Below are positions 61,523 through 64,000 of a stretch of 64,000 nt of DNA, piece by piece; position 1 is the stretch's first letter; the number at the start of each line of letters is the position of its first letter. The stretch is from Candidatus Zixiibacteriota bacterium (GTDB lineage: Bacteria > Zixibacteria > MSB-5A5 > UBA10806 > 4484-95). The stretch lies in contig JBBIRK010000004.1 in the NCBI GenBank assembly GCA_037441845.1, forward strand, positions 94,974 to 158,973. The letters are read 5' to 3'. Below the pieces are notes generated by a model, which saw only the letters and a program-made list of their open reading frames with translations, was not told where the DNA came from and did no database searches. The position numbers and the translations under genes are program-made.

Positions 61523-62970
61523 CCATGGAAAAAATACGTATAGACGATTACACCTGGGAAATCCCGCGCGAGGCCAAACCGGGCATGAAAGTGCCTGCCA
61601 GGCTGATAGCCTCGCAGAAAATCATCGACGAACTCGATCAAGGGGTGATCGACCAAATCACCAATGTAGCCTGTTTACCGGGGATCCGTCGTTACGCTTT
61701 GTGCATGCCGGATGGGCATCGCGGCTATGGTTTCCCCATCGGCGGCGTGGCCGCTTTCGGTGTCGATGACGGAATCATATCCCCAGGTGGCATCGGTTTC
61801 GATATCAACTGCGGGGTAAGGCTGATTCGCACCAATCTGAAAGCTGATGAAGTCGTCCCGAAATTAAGGCAATTGATCGATACGATTTTCAAGCTGGTCC
61901 CGAGCGGAGTCGGTTCGACCGGAATAGTGAAACTGAACAATCGGGAATTCGATCAGTTGATGAGCGAAGGCGTTTCCTGGTGCCGCGAAAAAGGATACGC
62001 CTGGGAAAGCGATGTGGAGTTAACCGAGCAGCGGGGAAGAATCCCGGGAGCCGATCCGCAATTCGTTTCTGCGAAAGCCAGGGAAAGGGGATTCGACCAA
62101 GTGGGCACGCTCGGGTCGGGCAATCATTACCTCGAGATTCAAAAAGCGGAATTCGATCCTGAATGCGACAGAAAGGTTGCCGTGGCGATGGGGATTTCGG
62201 AACCCGGGCAGATCACGATTATGGTTCATTGTGGTTCGCGGGGGTTCGGTCATCAAATAGGGACCGACTATTTGCAAAGTTTCGGGGCCGCCATGAAAAA
62301 ATACGGAATCCAGACCAACGATCGGGAGCTGGCTTGCGCGCCGTTCAAATCGCCGGAGGGGCAAGCCTATTACGGGGCGATGGCCTGCGCCGCCAACACC
62401 GCGTTCGTGAATCGACAGGTGATCACCCACAGAATAAGAGAAGCTTTCGCTGCTGTTTTCGGCCGAAACGCGGAAGATATGGGAATGCACCTCATTTACG
62501 ACGTCGCCCATAATATCGCTAAGATAGAGGAATACGAAATCGACGGCGAACTGCAAAAACTAGTAGTACATCGCAAGGGTGCCACCCGCGCTTTCGGTCC
62601 GGGATCTCCTGATCTTCCCGACAAATATAAACAGATCGGCCAACCGGTTCTCGTGGGCGGCTCCATGCAAACCGAATCTTATCTTCTCGTCGGAACAGCG
62701 CGTGCCAACGAGTTGACTTTCGCCAGCACCCTGCACGGAGCCGGCCGGACCATGTCGCGGGCCGCCGCCATGAAAAAAATCCACGGGGCGAGGCTGCGTG
62801 AGGAGATGGAAAAGCAGGGAATAATGATTCGCACGGTCTCGCTGAAAGGACTTGCCGAAGAGGCCGGTTTCGCTTATAAAAATGTCGAGTCGGTCGTGAG
62901 CACGGTGCATAATCTCGGCATATCTCGTAAAGTGGCGCGCCTGAAACCTCTGGCGAACATCAAAGGGTAG
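61519..62970 (+). CDS. rtcB: RNA-splicing/repair ligase RtcB
   Basis: MPDGH.GYGFPIGG, GFDINCG, GSGNHYLE, HCGSRG, DVAHN, HRKGAT, HGAGR and EEA..AYK. Confidence 0.96.
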   Translation: MTMEKIRIDDYTWEIPREAKPGMKVPARLIASQKIIDELDQGVIDQITNVACLPGIRRYALCMPDGHRGYGFPIGGVAAFGVDDGIISPGGIGFDINCGVRLIRTNLKADEVVPKLRQLIDTIFKLVPSGVGSTGIVKLNNREFDQLMSEGVSWCREKGYAWESDVELTEQRGRIPGADPQFVSAKARERGFDQVGTLGSGNHYLEIQKAEFDPECDRKVAVAMGISEPGQITIMVHCGSRGFGHQIGTDYLQSFGAAMKKYGIQTNDRELACAPFKSPEGQAYYGAMACAANTAFVNRQVITHRIREAFAAVFGRNAEDMGMHLIYDVAHNIAKIEEYEIDGELQKLVVHRKGATRAFGPGSPDLPDKYKQIGQPVLVGGSMQTESYLLVGTARANELTFASTLHGAGRTMSRAAAMKKIHGARLREEMEKQGIMIRTVSLKGLAEEAGFAYKNVESVVSTVHNLGISRKVARLKPLANIKG

Positions 62971-63095
62971 GATCGAGAAGATATCCTGAGTCCGAAAGCA
63001 TTTCGGTCAAGCCGTTAAATAAAAATCGGCATTATTATAAGGGTCGGCGGTCAGGTCACATCTAATCATGATTTCCGTTAAACCGGAGGGCAATC

Positions 63096-63800
63096 ATGAG
63101 CCGGAAAATCTCTTTAATTTTGAGTTTTATGGGATTTATTTTGTGCATTAACGGTGATTCGGCGATTTCGCAAAAAGCGGGCGGCGATATGGAGAAGAAT
63201 CATATTTCACTGCCTATACCGGCGACTATCGGATCGATTACTCTTGAAGAGTCGATCGCGCGCAGGCGTTCGATTCGCAAATTTTCCGATGACTCGTTGA
63301 GCCTAAGTCAAATTTCGCAACTGCTCTGGGCCGCCCAAGGTATAACCAACGCGGAAGGTCTGCGAACGGCGCCATCGGCAGGCGCCCTTTACCCGCTGGA
63401 AATTTACCTTCTGGCGGAAAAAGTAGCCGGTTTACAAAAAGGTCTTTATCGTTATATTCCTATCGGGCACAAGTTGCTTTGGCTTTCCCAACCCGACGCA
63501 TTCAGGGAACTCGCCGATAGCGTGGCCTATCAGCAATGGGTTGGCAACGCAGCCGCGGCATTGGCAATAACCGCCGTATATGAGCGGGTGACTCGGAAGT
63601 ATGGCGAACGCGGTGTCCGTTATGCTCATATCGAGGTCGGCTGCGCGGTTCAGAGCCTATATCTTCAGGCGGTTTCGCTGGGACTGGGAACAACCGTTAT
63701 CGGGGCCTTCGAGGATCAAGAAATCTCTCGTTTGCTTGCTTTGCAGAAGGGTGAACATCCGTTGGCGATTTTGCCATTCGGCAAGCCGGCGGCCGGATAG
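63096..63800 (+). CDS. SagB/ThcOx-family nitroreductase-like flavoprotein
   Basis: RRRSIRKF, LLWAAQG, RTAPSAGALYPLE, KYGERG.RY and IGAF. Alternative start ATG 63188. Confidence 0.9.
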   Translation: MSRKISLILSFMGFILCINGDSAISQKAGGDMEKNHISLPIPATIGSITLEESIARRRSIRKFSDDSLSLSQISQLLWAAQGITNAEGLRTAPSAGALYPLEIYLLAEKVAGLQKGLYRYIPIGHKLLWLSQPDAFRELADSVAYQQWVGNAAAALAITAVYERVTRKYGERGVRYAHIEVGCAVQSLYLQAVSLGLGTTVIGAFEDQEISRLLALQKGEHPLAILPFGKPAAG

Positions 63801-64000
63801 TCGAAACGCCGAATCCTTATCGCTGTAACCACGTGATTGGCAGATATCATTATAGCATTGCGGTGTCTTGTTGCCTCTAATAGCAAGCTCGGCATTGCAG
63901 GCAATCTCACACGTTGCTTAATGAATCTGCTGCGATGGCTTGCTGAAAGAAGGCAATATAAAGGAAATTATGGGAGTAGGGCTATCCGCGTCGGGCGAAT

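Noticed and set aside
63096..63800. RiPP (azole) biosynthetic cluster
   Set aside because: Stand-alone SagB-like nitroreductase with no YcaO or precursor peptide in the window.
63970..64000. Possible start of the next CDS (MGVGLSASGE..., SD AAGGA)
   Set aside because: Only 10 codons lie inside the window, so it cannot be supported or identified.

Overview
A 64-kb stretch of core bacterial chromosome. All supported genes (about 60 CDS, 2 tRNAs and RNase P RNA) and the FMN riboswitch lie on the + strand. I saw no phage, IS, integrase or CRISPR. GWxTD, DUF2723 and Omp85 genes and a DnaK with the diderm-type insert suggest a diderm, possibly FCB-group, organism (inference only). Gene order: GWxTD protein (partial), NatAB-like ABC exporter, GAF-GAF-PP2C phosphatase, orphan ECF sigma, tRNA-Ile2/tRNA-Val, zinc-ribbon protein, guaB, TPR, lemA-rnpB-recJ, meaB + acyl-CoA mutase large subunit with isobutyryl-CoA-mutase residues, cutA, DUF296, DUF62, tatC. 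Then a metalloprotease-propeller-Omp85 / BamB-like / HEAT operon and a chaperone operon (hsp20-hsp20-arsM-dnaK-FmdB-dnaJ-HEPN-like-clpB-TPR). Then dtd-maf-rodZ-smc-ftsY-yjbQ-rlmH, FMN riboswitch + rib operon + nusB, a DUF2723 (TMEM260-like) glycosylation cluster, accA-trm112-ptsN-mreCD-mrdA-rodA-lgt-comF-archease-rtcB, and a SagB-type nitroreductase. The strongest leads are three sigma54 (-24/-12) promoters. One has a four-palindrome enhancer array plus an IHF site and drives the heat-shock operon, one drives a short terminator-ended leader/sRNA ahead of the ECF sigma, and one drives the protease-Omp85 operon. Further leads are a switch-like guaB leader, a putative inactivated HEPN protein and ArsM inside the chaperone operon, and a candidate protein O-mannosylation locus. 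All calls come from motif recognition by eye; no searches were run.
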